Source: Hypanus sabinus
Lineage: Eukaryota
DNA length: 64,000 bases
Assembly (NCBI RefSeq): GCF_030144855.1
Contig: NC_082707.1
Location: forward strand, 194,804,001-194,868,000
Direction of reading: 5' to 3'
The notes beneath the pieces are model-generated. The model made no database searches. It saw only the letters and a list, made by a program, of their open reading frames with translations, and had not been told where the DNA came from. Shown in pieces: positions 13,893-26,032 of this stretch; position 1 is the stretch's first letter, and each line of letters starts with the position of its first letter. Both the position numbers and the translations under genes were made by a program.

Positions 13893-14100
13893 AACACAAG
13901 GGACTCTGCAGATGCTGGAAATCATGAGCAACAACCAAAAAGGGAGGAAGAACTCAGAAAGTCAGGCAGTGTCCATACAGAGGAATAAATAGTCAATGTT
14001 TCAGGTCAAGTTCAAGTCCTGATGAATTGTCGACTGTTTACTCCTCTCCATGGATGCTGCCTGACTGTCTGAGTTTCTCCAGCATTTTCTGCATGCTGCA
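13893..14100. mobile_element. Penelope-derived inverted element (degenerate)
   Basis: 'ctgcagatgctggaaat...gaactcag' and 'gatgctgcctgactgtctgagtttctccagcatttt' arms; residual 'ctgatga'. Confidence 0.6.
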
Positions 14101-14399
14101 CGAGAAGCCAGTCTGGCCCATTACTTTATAATCAAGTCAGAGGAAGGAACAAGGGCATACAAGTCCAAACGTGAAGAGAGTAGTTTTTTTTAATATGATA
14201 ATATTTTCTTTGTACAAAATGTGACGAAAATTTGAAAGCAGTAGTGGAAACATGAATTCTGGAATCACAGAATTACATGCCCTTGAAAATCAAGCCCAAT
14301 TTGCAGCTGGAAGTGCTTGGCTGAAATTCCAGAACTGCCAGATTCCACTGGCTTCTCCAATATGCTTGGAAAGTAGGTGCCTCCCAGGTTAAAGTGGAA

Positions 14400-15290
14400 T
14401 TTGTCAACCACCTTTCTTCTCTACTAAGGATCTGGATTTCTTAGGACTGAAGCTCATCCTTGCCCAAGCTGTGAGCTTCTCCAGAGCCTGGAGGATTTCA
14501 TCTGCATCCTGGCACTGACATTGTTACAGTCAAGTCATCCGTGAATGCTCTTATAGGTGGTTGACCGACACCAGACTTGGACAAAGGGCCTCAGCGCTCT
14601 ACCTCTGTTGACTTGGCCAACATGTTCATCGCCAAGGAGAAGATGATCACATCCTTTTACGATCTCCTTCTCAAGACAATGCCAATCAGATGTGACTGTC
14701 CCAAAGGGGATTCTTAGACTGAAATTACTGTCATAGCCCAGAATGAGTTTCTTGGTCCTAATTGGAACATGGTGGCACCTGGGGGCGATTTCAACCAGTT
14801 CATGTGGTATGGAACCATACACGTTTGTGAAGTCCAGCAAGAGCATGGAGAGATCTCTCTTGCTTTCCCATGCTTCTCTGATCAATTGAGTGATCACTCA
14901 TGCATGCTCGAAGCACCCTAGAACCCGCACTATCCTGCCGTTTAGCATAGAGGTGTCAAAGTAATGATTCGTCAGGATTTACTCCATTAGGCGTTGGGCA
15001 ACGACACTGAAAAATATTTCCCCTCAACTCTGAGCATTAAGATTCCTCAAAATTGCTTGATGTTCTTGGAATTCTTCTCCTTGGGAATCCAGTCACCATC
15101 TGTGAGTCTCCATTGATAGGCCACTCTTCCCCTCCTCCAAATCACCTTGCGGATCCTCCTCAGTCTGTATAGAAGTTTGGGACATGACTCATAAACCTTG
15201 TATGGTACTCCACGTGGTCCAGGTGCTGAGCTTGTCCTAGCTGCTCTTACTGTTTCTTGGACCTCTTTCGAGCTGGGCACCCACTATTTC
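14400..15290 (-). mobile_element. HERO-clade (R2-superfamily) non-LTR RT fragment
   Basis: 'ARTSSAPGPRGVPYKVYESCPKLL...KVIWRRG...WIPKEKNSKNIKQF' and 'QLIREAWESKRDLSMLLLDFTNVYGSIPHELVE'; frameshifted. Confidence 0.75.
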
Positions 15291-16579
15291 ACCATATGTA
15301 TTCCATCCCCATTTGCACCTGAACTGATGAGGCAGTTGTGAGGCCACTATAGAAACATAGAAAATAGGTGCTGGAGTAGGCCATTCGGGCCTTTGAGCCT
15401 GCACCGCCATTCAGTATGATCATGGCTGATCATCCAACTCAGAACCCTGTACCTGCTTTCTCTCTACCCACTGATCCCTTTAGCCACAAGGGCCATATTG
15501 GTGGTCTGGAGTCACATGTAAAACAGAATGGGAAAGGACAGTAGATTTCTTTCCCTGGAGGATATGAGATAAATAGATGGATGTTTACAACAATCCAGTC
15601 ATCTTGTGGTTACCATTACTGAATCTGGCTTTCTTTTCTTGGCAATATAGTGGTGTGGATGCAAGTCCTATCCAGTCCACGTGGCAGCTTTGCAAATACA
15701 CTTAATATGGGGCAAGACCTTCAGAGTGTCCACAAAGATGCATGTTCCTATGTGAGTGTATGTATCACGGCTTCCAGTTTCTACATACAAGTGTGTGACA
15801 CTAACTCCTTCATTACAACAGTACAAAGTACTCCCTGTCTGTAAAGAAGTCAATTTTGATCTTTTTTTTCCCTTCTACTCAACCAGGGAACAGATTTTAA
15901 TAGAAATAGTTTTTGAAGAGCCCTGCTGGCCTTTGTGGCTTTTCTTTTATTACAGTAATTTACAGATTTTTGATAATTACAACCTTCTGTGTCTGAAGAG
16001 GTTTTCAGCTGCAATTTTTTTTGGATCCAAGATAGCAAGAGTCTTATCCCTTGCGTTATGGAGCCTCTGGGTATACCGCTGTATTGGGTTTATATTGGAA
16101 GAAAATGGAATAAAGCCTGATTGTTGCTTAGGATGCAGCACATGGAGGGGAGATTAAGTCACACCCAGCCTTACCTCTCCAAGCCAAGTTCATGGGCTAG
16201 GCTTAAAGTAAACAACACAAAACTAAACTGCATGAGGAGACTATGCCTCTCCAGGGAGCTGAGGAGAAATTTCTATCGTCTGTTGCCAGCCTTCAAGGCA
16301 ATCATTGCTCTTTCTGAAACAGGCAAGGTCATTACAACCGACAGAACTATTTTTCTCCATTTCTTTATCAGCTACCAAAGGAACTTAACCAAAGCTGACC
16401 AATCTACAGTCCTAGTGGGAATCGGGCATCAAGTGAATGTGGCTTTATTTGTGAGAAGTACTTTCGAAGCCTCCATCAGCAGTTTGGTTTCACATAGTGC
16501 TTATTGCATCTGATGTTGTATTGTCATTTTGAAGAATATATATTGAACAGCTAGATGAATGGAGCCTACAGGATACTGA

Positions 16580-18050
16580 ATGTGATAACACACGGAGTGT
16601 TACAACATGGATACTATCCCTTCAGCCCAGTTCGTCCAAGAATACTGAGTTGTGCAGTGAGCTGGTCCCATTGTCCCACGTTTGGACACTAATCCTCAAA
16701 ACTTCTCCTATTCACCTACTTACCCATATGGCTTTTAAATGTTGCTAATGTGCTTGGCTCAGCCAGTATTTCTGGCAGCTCATTCTAAATACGCACCACT
16801 CTTTGCATAAAGAAGCCATTCGTTGATGTCGCTTTTGAATCTCTTGCCTCCAATCTTAAATCTATACCTTCTTGTTTTTAGCACATCCTCCATGAGGCAA
16901 GAAATGTGCTTTTTCCCTATCTATCCACCTCATAATCCTATATACCTTACTCACCTACACTCCAGGGAATAAATTGCTTGTCTGCACAATATCTTCGTGT
17001 AATTCAGATCCCCAAACCAAGGCAGTGTCTTGGTAAATGTTTTCTGTAATCTTTCTAGTTTAATAATATCCTTCCTATAAGACCAAAACTGTTCACAATA
17101 CTCCCCAACATCTTATGTAATTGCAACATAAGTTCCAATTCCTATACTCAATGACGCAAATGGTGAAGGCAAGCAGGCCAAGCAACTTCTTCACCACCCA
17201 ATCTCGAAAGATACTTTCAGCAAACTATGCACCTGTGCGCTCAGGTCCCTCTGCTCCATAACACTTTGCATGGATCTACCATTCAGGGTATAAGCCCTAC
17301 CCTGGTGTAATCTCCCAAAATCCAATACCCTCACATTTCTCTGGAATTAAAGCCATTTGCCAAGCATCATCCCACATACCTAGTTGATCTAGATCTCCCT
17401 TGTGATTTTTCATATCATTCTACAGTGTCAAGAGCACCAGCTATTTCAGTATCATCTACAAACTTAGAAACGTGCCTTGTACTTTTACATTCAAATCATT
17501 CATGTAAATCACACCACTACCTGCAAGCCTCCAGTCTAAGAAATAACCTCCAAGTATCACCTTTCGCTTCCTATCACAGAGCCTATTATGAATCCAATCA
17601 GCTATACCCTTGGATCCCATACAATCTAACCTTCCAGGTGAGTGTGCCATGAGGGATTTTGCCATATTTCACATATACAACATCCTCTGGTCAATCCTCA
17701 TCTACACTCTTGGTTACCTCCTTGAAGAACTCCAAAAGATTTGCCAAAGACAACTCGCCACACTGAAAGTCATCCTGCCTGTGCAGAACCAAGCCCTGTC
17801 TCACTAAATGTAGGTAGACCCCCTTGCTCAGCATTCCCTCTAGCAATTTACCCACCACTCACACTCACTAGTCTGTAGTTCTCTGGCTTGTTTTTACTGC
17901 TCTTTTTAAACAATGCTACCATGTTAGTCACTCTCCAGCCCTTCAGAACGTCCCCTGGGGCCAGAGGTGAAGCAAAGATCTTGGCAAGAGCCTCTGTACT
18001 TTGTTTCCTATAGCTTCCCACAAGGTCTGTGAATACCTCAGGTCAGGCCC
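16580..18050 (-). mobile_element. Old CR1/L2-type LINE RT and 3' remnant
   Basis: 'GIADWIHNRLCDRKRKV', 'IYMNDLNVKVQG'; heavily diverged. Confidence 0.7.
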
Positions 18051-18970
18051 TTGTCGAGGATTGATCTTTCAGGAAAAACAGCTAATAAAGTGGCTTAAAA
18101 GTATATTAAAGATTAGCTAGATGGTTTCACATTATGATCTGCTCTGACCCTATGCTAATCACCTTGCCAGCATCCTGATCAATCCTTCCAAATAGATGTG
18201 CCTCAAGGAATGGGCAAACAATTTATCTCAGCAGGGATACAGTCTATAATATTATCACAGCAATACTTTATTCCATGCCATGCTTTGGTTTTGAACAAAA
18301 CCAGTTAATGTGATCTTCACATAGGCCTCAGAGCCCTTACTGTCCAAGCTTCTCAAAGGCCACATATCCCTGTGGTAGGATCTCATTCTCATAGGTCCTC
18401 AACTTCATGCAATGGGGTTTACTTCACAAAGCACCCAGATGCCCTATCATAGGTCCTAGATTCACGACAGTGGAAACTTCTTCTCCCTGGTGGGACTTTC
18501 TTCCTGTTAAGTTCAGATCTCCTGTAGTGGGATCTCTTTCTCAAAAGTTCCACATACTGCATAGTGCAATATGCTCCTAGTTCCAGAATTCCCTAGAGCA
18601 GGATCTGCTCATGTGTCCAGATGTCTAAAATAGAGTCTTCTTTTAGGTCTTCGATTTCTTCCAATAGAAGCTTCTCATAAATTCCTCCAGATTGTGCACT
18701 ATTACAATCCCCTGAGGACTGGAAATTATCAATCAAAAGCCCACAGAATGTTTAGATGGCTTGTGGGTTTTTACCACTGACCACAGAATCCAAGCCATTG
18801 TCTGAAAATATTGCTAAGATAGCGCATATACTGTATGTCTAAGATTTGATCCTTTGGTTTTAACTGAAATCACCCTTAGTATCCTATTCTGTGGTTTTAG
18901 GGTGTTGAACTTGTCTTTCAACACGTGCATAGAAATCTTGAAAGGTCTTGACAAAGTGAATGTATGAGAA

Positions 18971-19567
18971 TCAACACGTACAAAAAGCTGGAGGAACTCA
19001 GCAGGTCAGGCAGCATCTGTTGAAATGAGCTGTCAGCATTTCGGGCCAAGACCATTTGCCAGGACTGAAGAAGGAGGGGACAGGGGCCCTACAAAGAAGG
19101 TGGGGGGAGGGAGGAGGCTTCCCCCATCTCACTTTCACTCTGCCTTCTCTTCCAGCTGCCTGTCACCTCTCTCATGATTCTGCCTTCATAGTGCTTTCCC
19201 CTTTCATTCCTTCTTCACCTCTGCGACTTATCCCCTCCCTGCTTCCCCTCCCCCACCCCTTGATCCTTCTTCTAATTGATTTTTCACCTGGCACCTTCCA
19301 CCCTCCCCCCCAGCTTCTTTATAGGGCCCCTGCCCCCTCCTTCTTCAGTCTTAGGCCACAAACTTATCAATCACCCCTCGTAGATAAAGATTATAATGAC
19401 ATTAACACCATAAGACATGGGAGCCTCCTTCTTCAGTCCTGACGAAGGGTCTTGGCCCGAAACGTTGACTGCTCATTTCAACGGATGCTGCCCGACCTGC
19501 TGATTTCCTCCAGCTTGTTTGTACGTGTTGACTTAACTTCACAGCATCAGCAGTGTACTTTGTGTTT
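18971..19567. mobile_element. Penelope-derived fold-back insertion with 14-bp TSD
   Basis: TSD tgaatgtatgagaa at 18957-18970 and 19568-19581; left arm is an inverted copy of the right arm; pyrimidine-rich body. Confidence 0.8.
19434..19471 (+). ncRNA. Minimal type I hammerhead ribozyme motif
   Basis: cagtc-CTGACGA-A-GGGTC-TT-GGCCC-GAAA-CG-TT-gactg: stem I cagtc/gactg, CUGANGA core, stem II, GAAA, palindromic ACGU in place of stem III, UH cleavage site. Confidence 0.75.
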
Positions 19568-19640
19568 TGAATGTATGAGAAAGTTTCTATTTTTCTCTAA
19601 CCATTATAAACAACACTTCAAAAACAGAGGAGAGTAACCC

Positions 19641-20150
19641 TACGAGGGGTGATTGATATGTTTGTGGCCTAGAGTAGAAGGAGTCAATTTTAGAAAACCT
19701 AGCACATTTAGTTTTCAACATCGTCCTCTCATACATTTACACACTTAGTCCAGCGGTCGTGGAGCATATGGATTCCTTCTTTGTAGAAGTCAGTGTCTTG
19801 GACCTCCAGTAGTGGTTGACAGCAGGGGTGATTGATAAGTCTGTGGCCTAAGGAAGAAGGAGATGAGTTATTAGCTTCAAACTTTCTGCATAATCACTCA
19901 AAGAGTTGAACTGCATGTGCATGTAACTCATCTTCTACCTTAGGCCACAAACTTATCAATCACCCCTGCTGTCAACCACTACCAGAGGTCCAAGATGCCG
20001 ACTTCTACAAAGAAGGGATCTGTTTCCTCCACGACCACTGGAATAAGCCTGTAAATGTAGGAGGGGACTGTGTTGAAAAATAAATGTGCTAGGACTTGTA
20101 AAATTGACTCCTTCTACCTTAGGACACAAACTTATCAATCACCCCTCATA
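19641..20150. mobile_element. Mariner-type fold-back MITE with four TIR copies
   Basis: TA-flanked 'cgaggggtgattgatatgtttgtggcc...' and '...cacaaacttatcaatcacccctc'; internal TIR pair at ~19824 and ~19925-19967; arms are inverted repeats. Confidence 0.75.
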
Positions 20151-20284
20151 GATAAAGATTATAATGACATTAACACCATAAGACGTAGGGGCATCGTTAG
20201 GCTATTCAGGCCCATCGAGTCTGCTTCATCATTCCATCATTATCCCTCTCAACCCCATTTTCCCCATAACCTTTGACCTATCAT

Positions 20285-20410
20285 AGACACAAGAGGTACT
20301 GTGGATACTGAAAAGCTACAGCAATACACACAATGTGCTGGAGGAGCTCAGCAGGTTGGGAATAAACAGTCGACATTTCCGGCCAAGACCCTTCATCAGG
20401 ATGGATGAAG
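20285..20410 (-). mobile_element. Penelope-derived fragment with mutated hammerhead motif
   Basis: Minus strand CTGATGAAGGGTCTTGGCCGGAAATGTCGACTG. Confidence 0.6.
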
Positions 20411-20869
20411 AACCCATCAACTTCCCACTTTAAGTATACCCAATGACTTGGCCTGCACAGCTGTCTGTGGCAATGAATTTCACAGGTTTAACAACATCTA
20501 GCTAAAGAAATTCCTCTTCATCTCTGTTCGAAAGGGATGTCCCACTATTTTGGGGCTGTGCCATCTGGTCCTAGATTGCACCATACGAGACATCCTCTCC
20601 ATGTCCAGTTGCTCTAGGCTTTCAGTATTCAATAGGTTTCAATGAAATCTCCCCTTATTCTTCTAAAACTAGGCACTGTAGTTAGGAGTTGACAGGGTGG
20701 ATGCAGAGAAATGTTCCCCACTGTGGGAGAATCTAGAACCAAAGTTCATTGTTTAAAAAACAAGTGATTGACTATTAAAAAAAAGATTAGATAAAATATT
20801 TTCTCTAAGAATGCTGTGAACATTTGAGAGAATCTTTTTCAAAGATGGAGGAAGATGAGTCATCAACCG

Positions 20870-21467
20870 TGGGATTGAGTTCAAAAGCCGTGAGATAATG
20901 TTACAGCTATATAGGACCCTGGTCAGACCCCACTTGGAGTACTGTGCTCAGTTCTGATTGCCTCACTACAGGAAGGATGTGGAAACCGTAGAAAGGGTGC
21001 AGAGGAGATTTACAAGGATGTTGCCTGGATTGGGGAGCATGCCTTATGAGAATAGGTTGAGTGAACTCGATCTTTTCTCCTTGGAGCGACGGAGGATGAG
21101 AGGTGACCTGATAGTAGTGTATAAGATGATGAGAGGCATTGATCGTGTGGATAGTCAGAGGCTTTTTCTCAGGGCTGAAATGGCTAACACGGGAGGGCAG
21201 AGTTTTAAGGTACTTGGAAGTAGGTACAGAGGAGATGTCAGGGGTAAGTTTTTTACTCAGAGAGGTGAGTGCGTGGAATGGGCTGTTGGCAGTGGAGGTG
21301 GAGGCAGATACAATAGGGTCTTTTAAGAATTCCTGGATAGGGACATGGAGCTTAGAAAAATAGAGGGCTATGGGTAACCCTAGGTAATTTCTAAATTAAG
21401 TACAGGTTTGACACAGCATTGTGGGCTGAAGGGCCTGTATTGTGCTGTAGGTTTTCTATGTTTCTGT
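20870..21467 (+). mobile_element. CR1-type LINE 3' end (well preserved)
   Basis: 'PHYRKDVETVERVQRRFTRMLPGL...LFSLERRRMRGDLIVVYKMMRGIDRV'; tail 'gggcctgtattgtgctgtaggttttctatgtttct'. Confidence 0.9.
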
Positions 21468-22857
21468 GAGTCCCTGAATATTTTTAAGTCACAGTTCATT
21501 TGATTGTTGATGAACAAATTAGAAAAGATAGATGGAAATGGAGGCTAGACGTAATATTCTTTATGGATATTTATTCTTTATAAACAGAATAGATTTGACG
21601 GGCTGAGTGGCCTACTTCCACTACTAATTCATATCTATTGAGTGGCTTGTCACAATTAATAATCTATAGCTGTCCTGGCAGAACAGTGACAAACTTTTAA
21701 TAACTTACTATGATTATGAATGTGCACAGGACATTCTTACCAACTTTAATTTAGTCGCACTTCACAGAAACTTAAAATATTTTGCAAATGTTTTCCTTTA
21801 GATAATTAAAAGTATCTGTTTTGTCAAAATCCCAAAAAACTGAACAATCCTCTCCCAGAATGAAACAAATATTTTTAAAAAATGAGAAGTTCAAGCTCAA
21901 TCCATGTGCAACATTGCCTTCCAGAGCCAGACAAGGTTTTAATATTCATTACTCAAGTTGTTACGGTGAATTACTGAATGAAATACAGATGAACTGACTC
22001 AATAACCTCATCTGGGATAAAATTCCCATTCCTTGCTTCACTTTTAATGTCACTGACAAGCACAACCATTTCAATAAACAATGAATCAGAAGGTTGGAAA
22101 TATTTCCTCCTTTGTCAGCTGTCTTGCTCTTGCTGTGGATTAAGAAGTTGTGTATGCCATGTAGGTACATGTTGCAGATTGATAAATCGTGTACAGGAAA
22201 ATTCCTGGAATGAGGGTAGGTAATTGGAGATGCTGAGGTTTCGTGGAACGGAGAAGATTGCATAGGGACGTGAGAGGTGCACTGGAAAAGATTCAGGGTG
22301 AGGATAGACAGAGTAGATAAGAACAATTCCCATTGGTGAGTCAACAGCAGAGAGTCCCAGAAGAAAGATGGCTGGTTGAAGAACCAAAAGTGACATGAGG
22401 AAAAGCTTTGTTTTATGCAACAAGTGATAAGAGCTGGTGTTACCACAGTCAGTTAGGTTCAAAAGGGAATTGGATAAACAGCGAAGAGGGAAATAAAAAT
22501 CTTGAATGGCTGTGAAGAAACAATAGCAGGGAGGTGGGCCCATTCAGAGTACTCTAGCCTAAAGCCAGCACATACATAACAATCTCTTTTGTTCCTGTAA
22601 TCTTCCTACAAATCCATATCAAGACCAAACTTCAGTCACCAGTCACCATTAAACAGGTAATAGAGATGCCTGAGAAAGAAGTCATTTGAATTGCTCCCTA
22701 TTTCTTCCAACTTAGAGGAATCACCCTTTTCCTAATGGTCTGGAGGAATAAGTAGCTTACCATATGGTGACACTTGGATGGACAGTATATACACAGTGCA
22801 TAAATCATATAAAAAGCAGAAGCACTGAAACTGAGGAATCTGCTTTAAAAAATAAAA

Positions 22858-22863
22858 TTTATT
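22858..22863 (-). terminator. Candidate polyadenylation signal (AATAAA) of the minus-strand host gene
   Basis: tttatt on + strand, ~900 nt past the stop codon, in non-repetitive AT-rich sequence, followed on the minus strand by a T-rich tract. Confidence 0.45.
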
Positions 22864-23759
22864 GTGCCGTTAATGCGTTACATTTTTACAACTTTACAGC
22901 CACCCAAAAGGTCACTTAATTAAGACCATCATCACAGAAGTTTGTCATAAATTTCAGTGGTTGGATTGAAAAGTACAAATTTTAGAATGTTTGTACAGAA
23001 AGTTATAAACATTTCTCAAAGAACTCCTACGAAGTAGTCCTTACCAATGAATGAATTAAAATTGCATTGGCAGAGTTTCACCATTAGTCTTTCTTTTAAA
23101 GGAAGAATGCATCCAATTTCTATCACCGATCTGATTTTATTTAACTTGGTGTTTCTAACACAGGAATTCTTAAAGAAAATAATTTCAAAGTGTTTCAGTA
23201 TTGAAGAAAGAATCTTCCTATTCAAGCTCTCTTTCAATTACAAGTCTGATTATTAGTACATCTGCAAAAATGAAATGACACGGTCTATTCCCCCTTTAAA
23301 GAAGAAGTTTCACTACTTGGAGCCTAATGGCTAGTGAGTCACACTATGAGAATCTCCATTAAAGATGGATTCTGTTGAGACCCTTTGTAAAACCAGACAT
23401 CAGTATCAAGGCCTCTTATAAACAGAAACATGATACATGTCAGGACATATTTAAGTGGAGTCCAACTGTGTAGCAAATAGCTTTGTACCAAGTCACCATA
23501 TACACAGAGTAAAAATTTTAATCCATTAATCAGAAATATCTACTTTGCTGGAATTAATTGAGAACCGTTAATGCTTTTTCTGTGCCAACATTATAAACGT
23601 TGCACTTTTCAATCCAGTAAAAGAGATTTATGGCTAATTTTTGAGATGACTGTTTTAATTAGCTGACCTGTTTTACTGGAAAGTTTTAAAAAAATTGTAA
23701 CACTTTAATGCTACAATTGCTTTAAAAATTGAACAAAACCTGTGACACAGGCATGAGTG

Positions 23760-23876
23760 TTAGCATAGTGTCTTGAGATTTTTCACAATAACTTCGTTGT
23801 CTGGGTCGCTTTGCCAGGGGTATAATTGGATAAATAACTCAACCAATGTTGTCATCACACGAGCATTTGTATTTCC
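23760..23876 (-). CDS. Terminal coding exon of unidentified host gene (GNTNARVMTTLVELFIQLYPWQSDPDNEVIVKNLKTLC*)
   Basis: Acceptor 'ttttccatcag|GGA', 39 codons ending TAA, phase 0 matching the 40010-40097 exon; ~0.9 kb TE-free downstream region. Confidence 0.65.
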   Translation of the reverse strand, partial: GNTNARVMTTLVELFIQLYPWQSDPDNEVIVKNLKTLC

Positions 23877-24001
23877 CTGATGGAAAATGTTATGCTATGT
23901 ATATGGTTTTATTATTATGTGACAGACATTGACCATGTGTAATTGTTCAAAATATGCTGAAATATTATTAACTAATAAATTGGGATCTTGGTTTGCATAA
24001 T

Positions 24002-24548
24002 ATACACTCAGTGGACACTTCATTAGGTATCTCCTGTACCTAATAAAGTGGCCATTGAGTGTATATTCGTGGTGTTCTGTTGTTGTAACCACTTTAAGGC
24101 TCGACGTGTTGTGCATTCAGAGATGCTCTTCTGCACCCCACTGTTATAACACATGGTTACTTTCACCTGTCTGTCAGCTTGAACTGGTCTGGCCATTTTC
24201 CTCTGACCTCTCACTTTAACAAAGCATTTTCGCCCACAAAACTGCTGCTGACTGGATGCTTTTTTTTTGCCCCGTTCTCTATAAGTTCCAGAGACTGTTG
24301 TACGTGAAAACCCCAGGAGATCAGCAGCTTCTGAAATACTCAAGTGCACCAAACAATTATTCTACGGTCAAAGTCACTTCGAGCACATTTCATCCTGATT
24401 CTGATATTTGGTCAGAACAACATCTAAACTTCTTGACCATGTCTGCATGCTTTTATGCATTGAGTTGCTGCCACATTATTGGTTGATTAGATATTTGCAT
24501 TAATAAGTAGGTGTACAACTGTACCTAAAAAAATTGCCATTGAGTGGA
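24002..24548 (-). mobile_element. Tc1-like non-autonomous element retaining the transposase N-terminal HTH
   Basis: 'LSISEAADLLGFSRTTVSGTYRE...CGRKCFV...GQRKMAR...YNSGVQKSISECTTRRALKW'; TIR-like 'tacactcagtgg' and 'gccattgagtg' ends. Confidence 0.8.
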
Positions 24549-24559
24549 CTTCTATTTAG

Positions 24560-26032
24560 AGCATAAGACTATAAGATCATAAGATATAAGAGCAAAATTA
24601 GATCATTCAGCTCATTGAATCTGCTCTACCATTCCCTTATGGCTGACTTATTATCCTCCTCACTCCCATTCTCCTATCATCTCCCCATAACTTTTGATAC
24701 CCTGACTAATCAAGAACCTATCAACCTCCACTTTAAATATCCCTAATGACTTGGCCTGCCAGCTATTTATGGCAATAAGTTCCACAGATCCAGCTTCCTC
24801 TGGCTAAAGAAATCATCCAGATCACTAACATATAACGTAAAAAGAAGCAGTCTCAATACTGACTAACTTTTGCAGAACACCACTAGTCACCAGCAGCCCA
24901 TCAGAAATGGCTCCCTTTTTTCCCACCCTTTGCCTTCTGCTAGTCAACCAGCCTCTCTATCATGCTTGTAATTTTCCTGTAATACCATGGGCTGTTATCT
25001 TGCTAGGCAGCCTCATGGGCTGCATCTTGTCAAAGGCCTTCTGAAAATCCAAGTAAACAACATCCATCGATTCTCCTTTGTCTGCTCTGCTTATTATTTC
25101 CTCCAACTGATTTTTCAGGCAAGATCTTCCCTTAAGGAAACCATTGGCCTGTTTTATCATGTGCCTCCAAGTACCCTGAAACCTCATCCTTAATAATGGA
25201 CTCCAACATCTTCCCAACCACTGAAGTCGGACTAACTGGACAATAACTTCCTTTCTGCTGCATCTCTCCCTTCTTAAAGAGCAGAGCAACATTTGCAATT
25301 TTCCAGTCTTCTGGAACAATTCCAGAATTTAGTTATTTTTGAAAGATCATTACTAACGCCTCCACAATCTCTTCAACTATCTCTTTTTGAACCCTAGGGT
25401 CTAGTCCATCTGGTCCAGGTGACTTATCTACCTTCAGACCTCTCAGCTTCCCAAGCACCTTCTCCCTACACTCACTTCTGTCCCCTGACACTTGAAATTC
25501 TGGCCTACTGCTGGTGTCTGCCACAATAATGGCAGATGCAAAATATTAAGTTCATCCACTATTTCTTTGTTCCTCATTACTATCTCTCCAGTGTCATTTT
25601 CCAGCAGTCCAATATCCACTCTTTCAAGATTCAAGATTCAAAAACTTTATTGTCATTCTAACCGTACATCAGCTCTGCAGGGCAGAATGAGACAGTGTTT
25701 CCCAGGAGCAGTGCAATCATAACATAACAAATGCAACACTAAATAATAAACATAACAATAAATAGTAAAACACAACAGCCACGTCAGTTAAAAACAAGTT
25801 ATAAGTGTCCAGTGCAAGTTAAAAGTGTCCAAAGCAGAGTCAGGTAGAGCATGTCTTTTACTCTTTATACACCTTCATATTCTCTTTATAGACTGTATGG
25901 TGGGGGCACGACACCGTCTGTCTTATTACTGTGCAAGGCGTGTTAGAATAAACTCTCAACACAGTCAACATCGAAACGATGGACAGCCAAAGAAGATATA
26001 CCTGAAAAAGCTTTTCGTATTTTCTTTTATAC
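24560..26032 (-). mobile_element. CR1-type LINE remnant, 3' part (continues at 33246 after the Gypsy insertion)
   Basis: 'DVVYLDFQKAFDKM', 'LKVDKSPGPDGLDPRV'; sequence at 26000-26032 joins 33250+ collinearly with the copy at ~4050-4110. Confidence 0.85.

Noticed and set aside
15756-16513. Plus-strand ORFs with a pyrimidine-tract acceptor at ~15886
   Set aside because: No convincing donor, phase partner or protein motif; unique DNA but unsupported as coding
23016-23256. Overlapping short ORFs on both strands
   Set aside because: AT-rich sequence best explained as the host gene's 3' UTR
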